A stretch of DNA of 64,000 nucleotides. Source: Pristiophorus japonicus. Its lineage: Eukaryota. Location: NCBI RefSeq assembly GCF_044704955.1, contig NW_027252668.1, forward strand, positions 5,890,001-5,954,000. Direction: 5' to 3'. The position numbers were made by a program, and so were the translations under genes. The notes under the pieces were generated by a model, which searched no databases, was not told where the DNA came from, and was given only the letters and a program-made list of their open reading frames with translations. Positions 53,489 to 64,000 of the stretch are shown piece after piece (position 1 is the first letter of the stretch; every line of letters begins with the position of its first letter).

Positions 53489-53866
53489 ATGGTTGACGAA
53501 AAGAAAACAGGTCCCGCCAAGAAAGGCGCCAAGAAAGTAATCAAGAAAACCCCAGCGAAGAGCGGCAAGAGGCGCAGAAGGTCGAGGAAGGAGAGTTACG
53601 CCATCTACATCTACAAAGTGATGAAGCAGGTTCACCCCGACACCGGCATCTCCTCCAAGGCCATGGGCATCATGAACTCGTTTGTGAAGGATATTTTCGA
53701 GCGCATCGCGGGTGAGGCTTCCCGCCTGGCCCATTACAACAAGCGCCGCACCATCAGTTCCCGGGAGATCCAGACCGCCGTGCGCCTGCTGCTGCCCGGG
53801 GAGCTGGCCAAGCACGCCGTGTCGGAAGGGACAAAGGCGGTGACCAAGTACACCAGCTCCAAGTGA
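53489..53866 (+). CDS. H2B: Histone H2B (125 aa, open ORF, divergent N-tail)
   Basis: H2B fold; promoter with CCAAT x3, CTCATTAGCATA (53392-53403) and TATAAT (53433); stem-loop 53907-53922. Confidence 0.95.
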   Translation: MVDEKKTGPAKKGAKKVIKKTPAKSGKRRRRSRKESYAIYIYKVMKQVHPDTGISSKAMGIMNSFVKDIFERIAGEASRLAHYNKRRTISSREIQTAVRLLLPGELAKHAVSEGTKAVTKYTSSK

Positions 53867-54061
53867 GACTGCCCGCTGTCCTGAGAGATCAAACCCCAAA
53901 CACAACGGCTCTTTTAAGAGCCACCCACAACCTCTCTGAAAGAGCTGCACAAACGCATCTCCCTTTACACTCTGTTTACTGTAATTATGTCCTGAACAAG
54001 TATATTTGAGAACTTTTACACTTCCAGCTGTAGATTTAGTTTTGAATTCTCATATCAGTTT

Positions 54062-54465
54062 CAGGAGAGAGGCGGGAGTCGAGAGAGGCAGCGGCCTATA
54101 AAAGGCTCAGCAGTCCGGGGAGCGTCGAGAGAGGCGGGAGTCGAGAGAGGCAGCGGCCTATAAAAGGCTCAGCAGTCCGGGGAGCATCGAGAGAGGCGGG
54201 AGTCGAGAGAGGCAGCGGCCTATAAAAGGCTCAGCAGTCCGGGGAGCGTCGAGAGAGGCAGCGGCCTATAAAAGGCTCAGCAGTCCGGGGAGCGTCGAGA
54301 GAGGCGGGAGTCGAGAGAGGCAGCGGCCTATAAAAGGCTCAGCAGTCCGGGGAGCGTCGAGAGAGGCAGCGGCCTATAAAAGGCTCAGCAGTCCGGGGAG
54401 CGTCGAGAGAGGCGGGAGTCGAGAGAGACAGCGGCCTATAAAAGGCTCAGCAGTCCGGGGAGAGA
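54062..54465 (+). promoter_or_regulatory. CR1 5' array of seven TATA-containing monomers (62 or 46 bp)
   Basis: TATAAAAG at 54097, 54159, 54221, 54267, 54329, 54375 and 54437. Confidence 0.85.
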
Positions 54466-54649
54466 GACGTACCGGTGCAGCTCCAGCTGAGAGAAGTCAA
54501 AAAAGAAGTAGAAAGAAATCAAAAGGTGACGTCACAGCCAACGTGGTAAGTGATTGGCTGCTGCTTGGTGAGTAGTTTTTCTTTTTCTTTATTAGTCAGT
54601 AACTTTTAACATTGTTGTCGGCAATTTAAGTGTATCTAAGGGTTAAGTC

Positions 54650-55597
54650 ATGGCAGGACAGCTCGGTCACGTGATATGCTCCTCCTGTACCATGTGGGAA
54701 CACGGGAACAACACCAGTGTCCCTGACGACTACATGTGCGGGAAGTGTGTCCACCTCCGGCTACTGACGGTCCGCGTTGCGGAGTTGGAGCTGAAGGTGG
54801 ATTCACTCTGGAGCATCCACGATGCTGAGAATGACGTGAGTATCACGTGTAGCGAGTTGGTATTACCGCAGGAGAAGGGTCCACAGCCAGCGAGGGAATG
54901 GAAGACCAGCAGGAAGAGTAGTGCAAGGAAGGTAGTGCAGGGGTTCCCTGTGGTCATCCCACTGCAAAACAGATACACTGCTTTGAGTGCTGTTGAGGGG
55001 GATGACTCATCAGGAGTGGGCAGCAGCAGCCAAGTTCATGGCACCGTGGCTGGCTCTGTTGCACAGGAGGGCAGGAAAAAGAGTGGGCGAGCGATAGTGA
55101 TAGGGGATTCAATTGTAAGGGGAATAGATAGGCATTTCTGCGGCCGCAACCGAGACTCCAGGATGGTATGTTGCCTCCCTGGTGCAAGGGTCAAGGATGT
55201 CTCGGAGCGGGTGCAGGACATTCTAAAAAGGGAGGGAGAACAGCCAGTTGTCGTGGTGCACGTTGGTACCAATGACATAGGTAAAAAAAGGGATGAGTTC
55301 CTACGAAATGAATTTAAGGAGCTAGGAGCTAAATTAAAAAGTAGGACCTCAAAAGTAGTAATCTCGGGATTGCTACCAGTGCCACGTGCTAGTCAGAGTA
55401 GGAATCGCAGGATAGCTCAGATGAATACGTGGCTTGAGCAATGGTGCAGCAGGGAGGGATTCAAATTCCTGGGGCATTGGAACCGGTTCTGGGGGAGGTG
55501 GGACCAGTACAAACCGGACGGTCTGCACCTGGGCAGAATCGGAACCAATGTCCTCGGGGGAGTGTTTGCTAGTGCTGTTGGGGAGGAGTTAAACTAA
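54650..55597 (+). CDS. CR1 ORF1p (Zn-finger/coiled coil plus SGNH esterase domain)
   Basis: CSSC...CGKC, heptad leucines, GDS, HVGTND, DGLH. Confidence 0.93.
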   Translation: MAGQLGHVICSSCTMWEHGNNTSVPDDYMCGKCVHLRLLTVRVAELELKVDSLWSIHDAENDVSITCSELVLPQEKGPQPAREWKTSRKSSARKVVQGFPVVIPLQNRYTALSAVEGDDSSGVGSSSQVHGTVAGSVAQEGRKKSGRAIVIGDSIVRGIDRHFCGRNRDSRMVCCLPGARVKDVSERVQDILKREGEQPVVVVHVGTNDIGKKRDEFLRNEFKELGAKLKSRTSKVVISGLLPVPRASQSRNRRIAQMNTWLEQWCSREGFKFLGHWNRFWGRWDQYKPDGLHLGRIGTNVLGGVFASAVGEELN

Positions 55598-55674
55598 TAT
55601 GGCAGGGGGATGGGAACCAATGCAGGGAGATAGAGGGAAACAAAAAGGAGGCAAAAACAAAAGACAGAAAGGAG

Positions 55675-58581
55675 ATGAGGAAAAGTGGAGGGCAGAGAAA
55701 CCCAAGGCAAAGAACAAAAAGGGCCATTGTACAGCAAAATTCTAAAAGGACAGAGGGTGTTAAAAAAACAAGCCTAAAGGCTTTGTGTCTTAATGCAAGG
55801 AGTATCCGCAATAAGGTGGATGAATTAACTGTGCAAATAGATGTTAACAAATATGATGTGATTGGGATTACGGAGACGTGGCTCCAGGATGAGCAGGGCT
55901 GGGAACTCAACATCCAGGGGTATTCAACATTCAGGAAGGATAGAATAAAAGGAAAAGGAGGTGGGGTGGCATTGCTGGTTAAGGAGGAGATTAAGGCAAT
56001 AGTTAGGAAGGACATTAGCTTGGATGATGTGGAATCTATATGGGTAGAGCTGCAGAACACCAAAGGGCAAAAAACGTTAGTGGGAGTTGTGTACAGACCT
56101 CCAAACAGTAGTAGTGATGTTGGGGAGGGCATCAAACAGGAAATTAGGGGTGCGTGCAATAAAGGTGCAGCAGTTATAATGGGTGACTTTAATATGCACA
56201 TAGATTGGGCTAACCAAACTGGAAGCAATACGGTGGAGGAGGATTTTCTGGAGTGCATAAGGGATGGTTTTTTAGACCAATATGTCGAGGAACCAACTAG
56301 GGGGGAGGCCATCTTAGACTGGGTGTTATGTAATGAGAAAGGATTAATTAGCAATCTCATTGTGCGAGGCCCCTTGGGGAAGAGTGACCATAATATGGTG
56401 GAATTCTGCATTAGGATGGAGAATGAAACAGTTAATTCAGAGACCATGGTCCAGAACTTAAAGAAGGCTAACTTTGAAGGTATGAGGCGTGAATTGGCTG
56501 AGATGGATTGGCGAATGATACTTAAGGGGTTGACTGTGGATGGGCAATGGCAGACATTTAGAGACCGCATGGATGAACTACAACAATTGTACATTCCTGT
56601 CTGGCATAGAAATAAAAAAGGGAAGGTGGCTCAACCGTGGCTATCAAGGGAAATCAGGGATAGTATTAAAGCCAAGGAAGTGGCATACAAATTGGCCAGA
56701 AATAGCAGCGAACCTGGGGACTGGGAGAAATTTGGAACTCAGCAGAGGAGGACAAAGGGTTTGATTAGGGCAGGGAAAATGGAGTATGAGAAGAAGCTTG
56801 CAGGGAACATTAAGACGGATTGCAAAACTTTCTATAGATATGTAAAGAGAAAAAGGTTAGTAAAGACAAACGTAGGTCCCCTGCAGTCAGAATCAGGGGA
56901 AGTCATAACGGGGAACAAAGAAATGGTGGACCAATTGAACAAGTACTTTGGTTCGGTATTCACGAAGGAGGACACAAACAACCTTCCGGTTATAAAAGGG
57001 GTCGGGGGGTCTAGTAAGGAGGAGGAACTGAGGGAAATCCTTATTAGCCGGGAAATTGTGTTGGGGAAATTGATGGGATTGAAGGCCGATAAATCCCCAG
57101 GGCCTGATGGACTGCATCCCAGAGTACTTAAGGAGGTGGCCTTGGAAATAGTGGATGCGTTGACAGTCATTTTCCAACATTCTATTGACTCTGGATCAGT
57201 TCCTATGGAGTGGAGGGTAGCCAATGTAACCCCACTTTTTAAAAAAGGAGGGAGAGAGAAAACAGGGAATTATAGACCGGTCAGCCTGACATCGGTAGTG
57301 GGTAAAATGATGGAATCAATTATTAAGGATGTCATAGCAGTGCATTTGGAAAGAGGTGACATGATAGGTCCAAGTCAGCATGGATTTGTGAAAGGGAAAT
57401 CATGCTTGACAAATCTTCTGGAATTTTTTGAGGATGTTTCCAGTAGAGTGGATAAGGGAGAACCAGTTGATATGGTATATTTGGACTTTCAGAAGGCGTT
57501 CGACAAGGTCCCACACAAGAGATTGATGTGCAAAGTTAGAGCACATGGGATTGGGGGTAGTGTACTGACATGGATTGAGAACTGGTTGTCAGACAGGAAG
57601 CAAAGAGTAGGAGTAAATGGGTACTTTTCAGAATGGCAGGCAGTGACTAGTGGGGTACCGCAAGGTTCTGTGCTGGGGCCCCAGCTGTTTACACTGTACA
57701 TTAATGATTTAGATGAGGGGATTAAATGTAGTATCTCCAAATTTGCGGATGACACTAAGTTGGGTGGCAGTGTGAGCTGCGAGGAGGATGCTGTGAGGCT
57801 GCAGAGCGACTTGGATAGGTTAGGTGAGTGGGCAAATGCATGGCAGATGAAGTATAATGTGGATAAATGTGAGGTTATCCACTTTGGTGGTAAAAACAGA
57901 GAGACAGACTATTATCTGAATGGTGACAGATTAGGAAAAGGGGAGGTGCAACGAGACCTGGGTGTCATGGTACATCAGTCATTGAAGGTTGGCATGCAGG
58001 TGCAGCAGGCGGTTAAGAAAGCAAATGGCATGTTGGCCTTCATAGCAAGGGGATTTGAGTACAGGGGCAGGGAGGTGTTGCTACAGTTGTACAGGGCATT
58101 GGTGAGGCCACACCTGGAGTATTGTGTACAGTTTTGGTCTCCTAACCTGAGGAAGGACATTCTTGCTATTGAGGGAGTGCAGCGAAGGTTCACCAGACTG
58201 ATTCCCGGGATGGCGGGACTGACCTATCAAGAAAGACTGGATCAACTGGGCTTGTATTCACTGGAGTTCAGAAGAATGAGAGGGGACCTCATAGAAACAT
58301 ATAAAATTCTGACGGGGTTAGACAGGTTAGATGCAGGAAGAATGTTCCCAATGTTGGGGAAGTCCAGAACCAGGGGTCACAGTCTAAGGATAAGGGGTAA
58401 GCCATTTAGGACCGAGATGCGGAGGAACTTCTTCACCCAGAGAGTGGTGAACCTGTGGAATTCTCTACCACAGAAAGTTGTTGAGGCCAATTCACTAAAT
58501 ATATTCAAAAAGGAGTTAGATGAGGTCCTTACTGCTAGGGGGATCAAGGGGTATGGCGAGAAAGCAGAAATGGGGTACTGA
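55675..58581 (+). CDS. CR1 ORF2p (APE endonuclease plus reverse transcriptase, 968 aa)
   Basis: LNARS, ITETW, GDFN, SDH; [12 protein letters not shown]; no stops or frameshifts. Confidence 0.96.
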   Translation: MRKSGGQRNPRQRTKRAIVQQNSKRTEGVKKTSLKALCLNARSIRNKVDELTVQIDVNKYDVIGITETWLQDEQGWELNIQGYSTFRKDRIKGKGGGVALLVKEEIKAIVRKDISLDDVESIWVELQNTKGQKTLVGVVYRPPNSSSDVGEGIKQEIRGACNKGAAVIMGDFNMHIDWANQTGSNTVEEDFLECIRDGFLDQYVEEPTRGEAILDWVLCNEKGLISNLIVRGPLGKSDHNMVEFCIRMENETVNSETMVQNLKKANFEGMRRELAEMDWRMILKGLTVDGQWQTFRDRMDELQQLYIPVWHRNKKGKVAQPWLSREIRDSIKAKEVAYKLARNSSEPGDWEKFGTQQRRTKGLIRAGKMEYEKKLAGNIKTDCKTFYRYVKRKRLVKTNVGPLQSESGEVITGNKEMVDQLNKYFGSVFTKEDTNNLPVIKGVGGSSKEEELREILISREIVLGKLMGLKADKSPGPDGLHPRVLKEVALEIVDALTVIFQHSIDSGSVPMEWRVANVTPLFKKGGREKTGNYRPVSLTSVVGKMMESIIKDVIAVHLERGDMIGPSQHGFVKGKSCLTNLLEFFEDVSSRVDKGEPVDMVYLDFQKAFDKVPHKRLMCKVRAHGIGGSVLTWIENWLSDRKQRVGVNGYFSEWQAVTSGVPQGSVLGPQLFTLYINDLDEGIKCSISKFADDTKLGGSVSCEEDAVRLQSDLDRLGEWANAWQMKYNVDKCEVIHFGGKNRETDYYLNGDRLGKGEVQRDLGVMVHQSLKVGMQVQQAVKKANGMLAFIARGFEYRGREVLLQLYRALVRPHLEYCVQFWSPNLRKDILAIEGVQRRFTRLIPGMAGLTYQERLDQLGLYSLEFRRMRGDLIETYKILTGLDRLDAGRMFPMLGKSRTRGHSLRIRGKPFRTEMRRNFFTQRVVNLWNSLPQKVVEANSLNIFKKELDEVLTARGIKGYGEKAEMGY

Positions 58582-59327
58582 AGTTGAATGTTCAGCCATG
58601 AACTCATTGAATGGCGGTGCAGGCTAGAAGGGCCGAATGGCCTACTCCTGCACCTATTTTCTATGTTTCTATGTTTCTATGTCCGGTTCCACTTTAGCGG
58701 CGCTGGAATTTTCCGCCAACTACAAATACGGTCCCTGGTCGCTGTTTCCCTGTGCTCTCAGACCCGTTCATTTACACCGCCTGCCAAATTAAGAGCTTGT
58801 TTAGGGACTGAGACTCAGATTTCAGTCACATATTCTCTCTCGCAAGCCCTTTTCAAGTTTATTTTTCCATTCCTGTTGCGGGTCAGTCCGTTTATTAAGC
58901 CGACACTCCCCGCAGTGTAACAACACAGAATGGGAGTTCTTAGAGACCAGAACCGGGGCAGTTTGAATACTCTGTCCCTCTTCTCTTTTCACAGAAAGAC
59001 TCCCAGTTCTGGGCTCACTCCCGCCTTTGCAGGATCGATAATCTGTGAAACCGAACTTTTACAAAGATTGAGTTGGAATGTGTCCCATTGCAGAATCGGT
59101 GGGGATTGATTCCCGCCCATTAGACAGTTTGAAATAGTACCCAAATTTAATCCTGATTGTAACAGCTTGAAACTTGCAAGGGGAAGATGTAAAAGACAAA
59201 ATTAATTAAAACGTGTTGGGAAATCTTTGACTAATGGTAAATTTATATTAACATAATCCGCTATTTTAAAATTTCTTGGCGGGGTTTTTGAATTTAAAAT
59301 CGTTATTCTGAATGTTGGAGACAGTAA

Positions 59328-59894
<567 letters not shown>

Positions 59895-60299
59895 AGCGGA
59901 CAGGATTTAATCTAATAACCCAAAGGCTCTTTTCAGAGCCACCCACAGTATCTGTGAAAGGGCTGCTTTCTGTTGTGTGCATAACAATAGTCCCATATTT
60001 AATTTAACATACTTCACTATAATTAAGCTTGAAGTTTGCTGATCAGAAATGAGCCTCAAATGTTTTTAGTTATAAGGTTAGCCATCTAGAAGTGTGGATT
60101 TTCAAACATTGCCGCAGAAGTCCGATGGCCGTGTAAGGCACTAGAAACATCAAAGTGTTTCTTTCCATTAATTAAATAGCTGAAATAACTTCCCAACAAA
60201 CTGTCCACACTCCCATTCCCAGGTCACTGCTCTCTATGAGGCGGTGGGTGGCTCTTAAAAGAGCCTAGGTGTTGTGCTGGGTGTAAAGGGTGGAGTTGT

Positions 60300-60621
<322 letters not shown>

Positions 60622-61129
60622 TCACTCAAACTGTCGCTGAATGACGAATCAACTGCTCCTGGCTCCTTTTTTATAGAGCCGGCCCCGACCTGACTGAGAA
60701 AGCGCAGAGTGAGAGAGGCGGGAACGGGAGGAGACAGAGTGAGAGATTAAACAGAGAGCGCGGCAGGGAAGGAGACAGAATCAAGAGTGAGAGACAGAGC
60801 AGAGCGCCGCCTCTGATCTTCCAGCTCCACCTCCAGCTTTCTAAAACCGCCAATTTCAAATTGTTTTCTCCACAATACAACCGATACACAGCGCTCCGCA
60901 CAAACCCTTACAGACTCGGAATTCATATTCAAGGCTTCCAGGGACCAGAAGCTGTTAAATAAGGTCCCGGTACAATTCACAATCAGGAATATTCCCGCCT
61001 ATATAGTCCGTTCCCTGTCAATCTCGGACCTTATTCCATCTCCTCTCACAGACAGGTTCAGCACTTTACAAACACCTTATTCCAGCTGATTTGGAGAATC
61101 TGGTGTTTGGGGTTTGAGTTGTGAGGCGG

Positions 61130-62298
61130 TGTACCTGCTCGATGGCGGAGGAGCGGGCTGGATGGCGCCAGACACGCTGGAGCGGCGCCTAAATTCGGCC
61201 GACGTCCGCCGCGCCGCCGATGCCATCAAGTCGCTAACAATAGCACTGGGCCCTGACTCCGTTAGGTGTGTCGAGGAGGCTCAAGCACGTGGGGAGATCC
61301 CGTCCGAACTGATCCCTGTCCGGACGGAATTCCTCATCGGCGCCAAACATCGGAACCTCCCTCGGGAGCCGGCGCCTCACAACTTGAGCCGCCTCAGGGA
61401 AATCCCCTCCGTGCCTTTCAGTTTTGCACGGAGGGCTTTCCTGTACAGTCTGCTCCTGCACACTCTCAACTTTGCCATCCTCGTCTGCCGTCCGGACACG
61501 CCATGGCATACCATCTTGCCGTCCGGAGGAGGCGGGGGTCCCCGATGGAGTGCACTCTACGCAGGAGTCCTCCCATTATTTATCGGGAACTTGGCCTGGA
61601 GGGTGGTGCACGGAGCAGTCCTGTGCAATAAATGTTTAATTCGGTTCACGGGCTCCCAGGCCGCCTACAATTTCTGCGGTCTGGAAGAGTCCGTGTTCCA
61701 TGTTTTTATTGAATACACGAGGTTGCAGCCCCTGTTCCAATATTTAAAGGGGCTGCTCCTGAAATTCTGGCTGCACTTCAATCCCACACTCCTGATCTTT
61801 GGGCACCCTGTGCGGAGGGGAGTGGGTAGGTCCGAGGGCCTCCTTGTAGGACTGCTCCTGGGCACGGCCAAGGGGGCCATCAGCCGGTCCAGGCAGCGGG
61901 CGGTCGAGGGGTTCGTTCAGCCTGACTGCCTGCCTCTCTTCCGCTCTTACATCTGCGCCAGGGTGTCCCTGGAGATGGAGCACGCGGTATCCACCGGTAC
62001 GCTCGCAGCCTTCCGTGAGAGTTGGGCGCCGGAGGGACTGGAGTGCATCATCACCGCCGGCAACCAAATTTTAAATTGATTTTACGTTTTAAAGTTTAAT
62101 TTGTTTTAATTGCCGGTGTTTTTAGTGTCCCCCTCCCCTTTTATAGGGGGCACTTGGATAAAAACATTTGATTTTAGTGCCCAAAAAAAAATACAAAATA
62201 AACAAAAAAAAACACCAAGAAAAGGGCCTTGAAAATGTTTGCTGTGTCCCCCAGATCGGGGGGCACGATTTAATGTTTAGTTTTTCTCCCAAAAGAGT
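61130..62298 (+). mobile_element. Tx1-clade LINE copy F, 5'-truncated, in the H4-H1 spacer
   Basis: ORF2 C-terminus plus 3' UTR; GAGTTGTGAGGCGG duplicated at 61116-61129 and 62295-62308; empty site at 6657-6670. Confidence 0.94.
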
Positions 62299-62702
62299 TG
62301 TGAGGCGGGGTCTCGCTGCCAGTCCCACTGTCTCAGAGACTCTTCCCCCTGAATCTGAAATGACAATGACCTGGAACTGAGACTGGAGCCGGACTCAAAC
62401 CCCAGTTACAGTGAGGCCCGAGCCGGACATCCCATTCTCAGTGTTTTATTGTAGGCACTGGGGCGGCGGGTGCAGACACTGAGGGGAGGGGGGGTGGGTG
62501 CAGACACTGGGGGCGGGACAGGGTGGGGTACAGCCAATGCCAACGAGTCACCAGGGATCCCGGGGTCATTTTCAATGAATTCTATCTGGAATCTGAGCCC
62601 GGGACAGGGATTATTTGATTTCGGGATCAGCTCTTTTCTGAGAGGCGTGGGTGGCTCTGAAAAGAGCCTTTGGGTTTAAATGTTTAGAAGCTGCCTTTTT
62701 AT

Positions 62703-63377
62703 TTACTTTTTGTGCGCTGCTTTCTTGGCCTTTGCTGATTTGGGCGTGGCCTTGACCCTCGGGTTCTCCACCTTTTTGGCCGCCTTCACTTTCTTGAGGC
62801 TCTTGGGCTTCTTCACCACCGCCTTCTTCCCAGCCGGCCCTTTCGCTGTCTTTTTTGCAGTTAGCGCCTTCTTGGTGCTCGTTTTCTTGGCTGCTGCTTT
62901 CTTTGCTGGATATTTCTTGGCTGTTGCTTTCTTTGCTGAAGATTTCTTGGTTGTTGCTTTCTTTGCTGGAGATTTCTTGGCTGCTGCTTTCTTTGCTGGA
63001 GATTTCTTGGCTGCTGGCTTCTTCACCTTCTTTCCCACTTTCCCCTGGGGATCTGTATTAGCGATTTTGAAGGAGCCCGAGGCGCCCGTGCCCTTGATCT
63101 GCTTCAGGGAGCCATTCATCACATTCTTCTTGATACAGGACCTGATCTGGAAGCCGCGCTTCTCCACATCCACGCCTTTGGACGCCAGAGCCTTCTTTAT
63201 CGCGGCCAGGGACGTTCCCCTGCGATCCTTGCCATCGGCCACAACCTTGAGGATCTGGTCGCCCAACTTGGGACCGGCTGGCCCGGAGCGGGGAGCCGCC
63301 TTCTTCTTCTTGCTGGGAGCCTTGGTTTGAGCGACGGCGGCAAGAGGAGCCGTTTCGGCGGCTGCAGTATCAGTCAT
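62703..63377 (-). CDS. H1: Histone H1 (224 aa, open ORF)
   Basis: Globular domain ([10 protein letters not shown]), Lys/Ala/Pro tail, stem-loop 62653-62668, H1 box AAACACA at 63520-63526. Confidence 0.95.
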   Translation of the reverse strand: MTDTAAAETAPLAAVAQTKAPSKKKKAAPRSGPAGPKLGDQILKVVADGKDRRGTSLAAIKKALASKGVDVEKRGFQIRSCIKKNVMNGSLKQIKGTGASGSFKIANTDPQGKVGKKVKKPAAKKSPAKKAAAKKSPAKKATTKKSSAKKATAKKYPAKKAAAKKTSTKKALTAKKTAKGPAGKKAVVKKPKSLKKVKAAKKVENPRVKATPKSAKAKKAAHKK

Positions 63378-64000
63378 GTCCGCGACTCTGGAAAATCTCT
63401 CTGACAGTCAGAGCTGGGTCAGAAATGAAACGAGAGGCGGCGACACAGAGCAACTTAAAGGCAGCGAGCGGACGGGGAGGAGACATCCTGCTGTCAGCTC
63501 CCGGCCCCTCCAGCCTCTCTGTGTTTCTCTCTCCTCACTAACTCTCCGATTCCAATTCAACTCGGGCCCTCCACATTCCCAGACTGGCCTCTTTCTGTCC
63601 CGAAGACCGGGATGTTTGCTGCCGAGAAAGTTCCATCCGAATTGAAGGCAGTAATTTCGATTTAAACCCGTTTCATTGCTGCACTGGTCGCGCTCTCTCA
63701 GCCGATCGCGGATATTTTCTCTGTTTTTTGACTGAAATTTGAAATCAAATCAAACTTTCTGATTCAGTCCCACTTCAGGCCTGAGCAGGGCAGCAGGGCG
63801 ATCCTATGACAGGGAAATCTTTGAATTTTACACAAGAGGGACTCTGAAATCCGGCGATGAGAGCGGACACACAAACACAGTGACATTAGTCTAACCCGCC
63901 CGTCCCTTTAACACACTCTCGGTCACACAATGTTGAAATCTGCACATTCACAGCACAAACTGTTCCCAGATTTACAGTTCCCAGATCAGGTTTTCCTCTC

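Larger units (their letters stand above)
54062..58680 (+). mobile_element. Full-length CR1 LINE with both ORFs intact
   Basis: Absent from the paralogous site (~2780); tandem 5' monomers, ORF1, ORF2, (TTTCTATG)3 tail; no clear TSD. Confidence 0.97.

Noticed and set aside
55569-56594. 341-aa antisense ORF within CR1
   Set aside because: Shadow frame of ORF2; shorter in the sister copy and without recognisable motifs.

Overview
Repeat-dense vertebrate genomic DNA, most consistent with a cartilaginous fish (inferred from DeuSINE/SacSINE-like and CR1 repeat types). The window holds two paralogous replication-dependent histone clusters, ordered H2A remnant, H2B(+), H2A(+), H3(-), H4(-), H1(-), at ~1.1-8.0 kb and ~52.4-63.4 kb. 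They have decayed reciprocally, so together they keep exactly one open copy of each histone. Between them lie a KRAB-less C2H2 zinc-finger gene, a tRNA-Gly pseudogene, satellites and nested retroelements: many CR1 LINEs (one full-length with intact ORFs and a TATA-monomer 5' array), an RTE and a solo LTR. The main novelty is a Tx1-clade LINE present in six copies. Five sit antisense at the same nucleotide of a CR1 ORF2 (target GTCCTTGTGCATGAA), at two independent loci, stacked in tandem and separated by 14-16 bp target duplications. The element has no poly(A) tail, a fixed ...AAAAGAGT 3' end and a covarying 3' hairpin. It is an apparent site-specific LINE parasite of another LINE. All comparisons were made by eye; no database searches were run.
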